Source: Oopsacas minuta
Lineage: Eukaryota > Animalia > Porifera
Direction: 5' to 3'
Assembly (NCBI GenBank): GCA_024704765.1
Contig: JAKMXF010000110.1
Span: 372,001-436,000 of the forward strand
DNA length: 64,000 nt
The notes beneath the pieces were generated by a model, which ran no database searches, was not told the origin of the DNA, and saw only the letters and a list, made by a program, of their open reading frames with translations. Positions 60,439-64,000 of the stretch are shown piece after piece; within the stretch, counting starts at the first letter, position 1, and the number at the start of each line of letters is the position of its first letter. A program made the translations under genes and the position numbers.

Positions 60439-63400
60439 TAAATTGTTTTTCTTAAATTTCAAATAACTGCTATTACAAGCATGTTAATATATTATTTTAG
60501 TCGGCTACGCAGGGAGATTCCAGATTCAGAGTCTCCTGGTTACAAAGAACTCCGCTAAATATGGACAATCTGCCAGAAACTAATGTGTCCCAAATTAAGC
60601 ACAGCCACTTGTATGTTAAATTCGTTGGTAATCAATCTCGGATTTTCTCAGTCATTTTACAGTCAACTAATAAGCACAGACATTAGAAGTCTTCAAGGAT
60701 TGTGAAATACGATAATAGTATCAAAATTTCAGATTTATCAAATATTCAAATTGCATAATAAAACTAAACTAAGCCAGTTTCCACATGTACACGTAATTAG
60801 TGAATCAATAAAAAGAGAAGTAAGCTATAAGATAGCTAAATTCTGGGAATTAGGTAGGCGACAACTGTATTCTCATAATTATTCATTCAAGCGAGTTAAA
60901 ATGCATAATTAAGTATATTTTGAAAGATCATCTATATAATACTGCGGAATGACCCATCATAAATTGAAGAATAATCATGACAGATCATTACAAAGCACAT
61001 TGTAAGCTCTGTGCATTAAATGTATTAAATTCATATTCGCCAATATTTACGGAGTGTTTATGAATAATGATCCTCCATGATAGTTAATACCCTTGGCTGA
61101 AGAGGGAATAGCGAAAAGTCATACCACGCATGCAATTAGTCTTGGTTACAATAACGTCATTAAATATGACCTCTATCTGTGAAATTGGGAACATTACTAA
61201 GCAGGGATTTATTCAGGAATTTCGGAGCCTGCACTTTTTCTTGCAGGGAATCTCACTTTATGGACGGTAACATATTGATCCTGTACAAATTTGAGCCTCA
61301 CTGTCGAAATTGTGTCCTTTATGGCTGCTTTTAGGTGCCAGCCAAGCATCTAGACAAATCCCTTGTACGAATGTATTCTGATTTTGAATGTTTAGGGGCA
61401 TTCTATCGTTACATAGCGTTAGTACGCCCCCTGTTTATTTATTAAGACTTTTCACACTCAAATTATTGCTATCTTAAAATGGCTATTATTACGTGACAAA
61501 TTTAATTCGTTTTATAGGTCATATTTGTAACAATTATAATCTTATCTCTCTTATTTCCATCTGCTTAAACACAACCACCACTTAACTTTCAACTTTTATT
61601 CGCTGTAGCTAGTATTTGTAATTAGTTAATTAGAATATTTTATTTAGCAATTAGCAATAAAATTATACTATCATGCACACTGAATAAATGATTAAACTCA
61701 CTTTTTGATGTGCTCTATGGTAAATACTGAAAACACCGCCCTTCATCCTCCCGACAACTCCATATAAGTTAGAGTTACTTCTCTCCCACCTGAAAATTAC
61801 AGAGTACAATCAAACAATAATTGTGGGTTTATACAAAAATAAGGTCAATAAATTGTAATATTTGTTACACCCAGGTTCATATAACAACTGTAGATAGCTT
61901 TGATCTCTGTAAAGGGCGGAGAAATTCTTAAGAAATGTAAATATTGAATAATCTATGGATAAATATTGTCTATGGCATAATGAATGTCTGAATATGTGAT
62001 TTAATATGTAAATTTGATAGCCGCTTAAACCAGTTTTACGAGTAACATAAAGCTAATTATATTAAATTTGAAATATTGAAACTTATCATCATGCGTATGC
62101 AAATTGTGAATGTAAAATGAGACATGAAACATATACGGAACGCTGTATTATATGGAGTAGAACTGCGATAATAATTGTAAATTTGTGTGTCTTTGTATTT
62201 GACATAAGTCAGTAATAATTTACCGAAATATCTAACCTAGCAACGAATTAGCCGTTAAAGAATTCTAGTTATCTTTGATTTACAAAAGGAAATAATTCCA
62301 AATTTATTGGAGAAGTTACATTATAATATGTGTCTTATCTTTCTGCAGTTAGATGTTAACAAGCGGTAATTAGATTTGGGAATGTTGAAGAGATTTGATT
62401 GTGGTATACAATACATTATCTACTGTTAGAACCTCAGAACACAAGTTAACGTAGGACCTCTATTTTAATTATTGGAGATAATATTGGGAGTAAAGTGCTT
62501 TACTAACCGAACAATTCAGCTTTCGATTCTTTAGACATAATCATCCCAAAACAACAAATTTGGAAGCTAATTACATATATAACTTCTAGACATTGCATTA
62601 GTGCACCTGTATTAATTGATTGAATAGTGAATTCTTTATCCACCGAAATGCATTACTATGTTTCCCACACAAATTTCCACAAAACTCTTCAAACTTTCCT
62701 TTAAATGAGTCCTATCACCAATACTTGATTTTCGAACGACTAATTTAATTGTGGCTTATATGAATGTTTGTGGAGAGCCATATGGGGCAATGCTTTGATT
62801 TCTGGCAATTCCTTAATACCCAACAAATTTTGCTCAAATGCAGTCTATCGGAAAGATCAAAGGAATTGTATTGTTCAATAAATTTATAGTTCTCAACAGG
62901 TGGTTTGTTAAATCAAAAATCCTTTCGATATGGATATACACTCATTGCAAAGTTTTAAGTATTTTGCAATTATAGATGAGAGAGTAAATGTTAATTCGAA
63001 AATAATACTCAATATATTTTGTAATAATACATGACGTAGGATTCCTTAGGAATATTCTTGGAAATACTGCAGAAACGAACAAGAGGAATAATAGAGAAAT
63101 AATTCTATAGAATTCACCACCGTATACGTATTGCTCCTCTTTCTATAAAGTATAAACCAATACCTTAATTAGAAGAGAATTTTCTTGAAATGTTTCATTA
63201 ATTTTACTATTACAGCATAATGATTCTGAGATCAAATTTTTAAAGGAATCAGGTTTCAATGGCAATTACTTAAATAATAATATTTTACAAGAATTCACGT
63301 CTATACTTAAATATATATATGATTTAATAAATAATTAATTTCTGTCATATTTAATTTTGATTTCAATTTGTTGTGATTCTTACAAACAATCGACTTATGC

Positions 63401-63972
63401 AATCACAATTACACAAAATTAAATGCTACGAAATTCACTTTTAAATACAAATAACCAAATTTTTCACTTATCCTGCTTCTATCGTTAGTAAAGTTTCTAA
63501 TCAATAGAACTAAATAATTCCTGTTAAATTTGGTTAATAAAGCTTGTTTGCTGCAATTAGTGGTGAGTAAGTCTAATTAATTTGGTGCTGAAATATGTTC
63601 ATTTTACGTAGTTAACTGAAGTACAAAGTTCTTGAAGCTGACAAAGTTCTTATTCAAAGACTTATGTCTATTTATCACTAATTTATTCAATAGTTTGTAG
63701 TTGGACAAATATCTGCTATTTAAGAAATATCCTTCTAATCAAGGTACAATGCCAGATTCATTGTTTATAGAAGGGGCTATTAAGTATGTAATAAGTATAT
63801 CACCATTATTTAATTTCAGTTTTCAGACACAAGCTGAATTGAGGTAGTTACGCATAACACAATAGCTGAACTAACACTGAAAACAGGTGATACCATGTAC
63901 ATTATGTTTAATTATAGAGACTGAAATCAATATAGCATAGCTTAGTTGTAGATTAGGAATATAATAATAATA

Positions 63973-64000
63973 CAGTAAACCTCCACAAACGGGGAAACGA
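63973..64000. mobile_element. Terminus of a MITE family C copy, truncated by window end
   Basis: TA|CAGTAAACCTCCACAAACGGGG matches the termini of 3447-3614. Confidence 0.7.

Noticed and set aside
1-64000. U12-type or non-canonical introns, tRNA/rRNA genes, autonomous transposase or RT
   Set aside because: All reconstructed introns are GT-AG without the RTATCCT U12 signature. I saw no tRNA, rRNA or intact transposase/RT coding sequence.

Overview
AT-rich, intron-containing eukaryotic DNA with an animal-type gene set. A basal metazoan such as a sponge is plausible, but that is inference only. There are no rRNA, tRNA or CRISPR features. I can support 12 protein-coding loci, several invisible in the ORF track because they are split into small exons; I rebuilt these by hand with GT-AG junctions and consistent phases. 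In order: (1) 3' part of a MYCBP-associated protein (MYCBPAP-like); (2) a 4-exon DUF4139-like protein with an internal ubiquitin-like domain; (3) a 16-exon TEAD/scalloped gene on the minus strand (about 703 aa); (4) an intronless type-I membrane protein with an Eph-like Cys-rich module and FN3-like domain but no kinase; (5) a twin-CX9C small protein; (6) ALYREF/THOC4; (7) a 5-exon PARP6/8-like mono-ADP-ribosyltransferase (about 1395 aa) with a long repetitive N-terminus and a UBA-like insert; (8) TNFAIP8-like, head-to-head with (9) KDM4/JMJD2; (10) AREL1-like filamin-HECT E3; (11) an 11-12 exon USP6NL/RN-tre-like TBC RabGAP on the minus strand; (12) a 6-exon Iroquois/Mohawk-type TALE homeobox gene, followed by about 14.7 kb with no recognisable intact gene. 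At least four families of non-autonomous DNA-transposon MITEs are scattered through introns and intergenic DNA. All family assignments come from motif recognition, not database searches.
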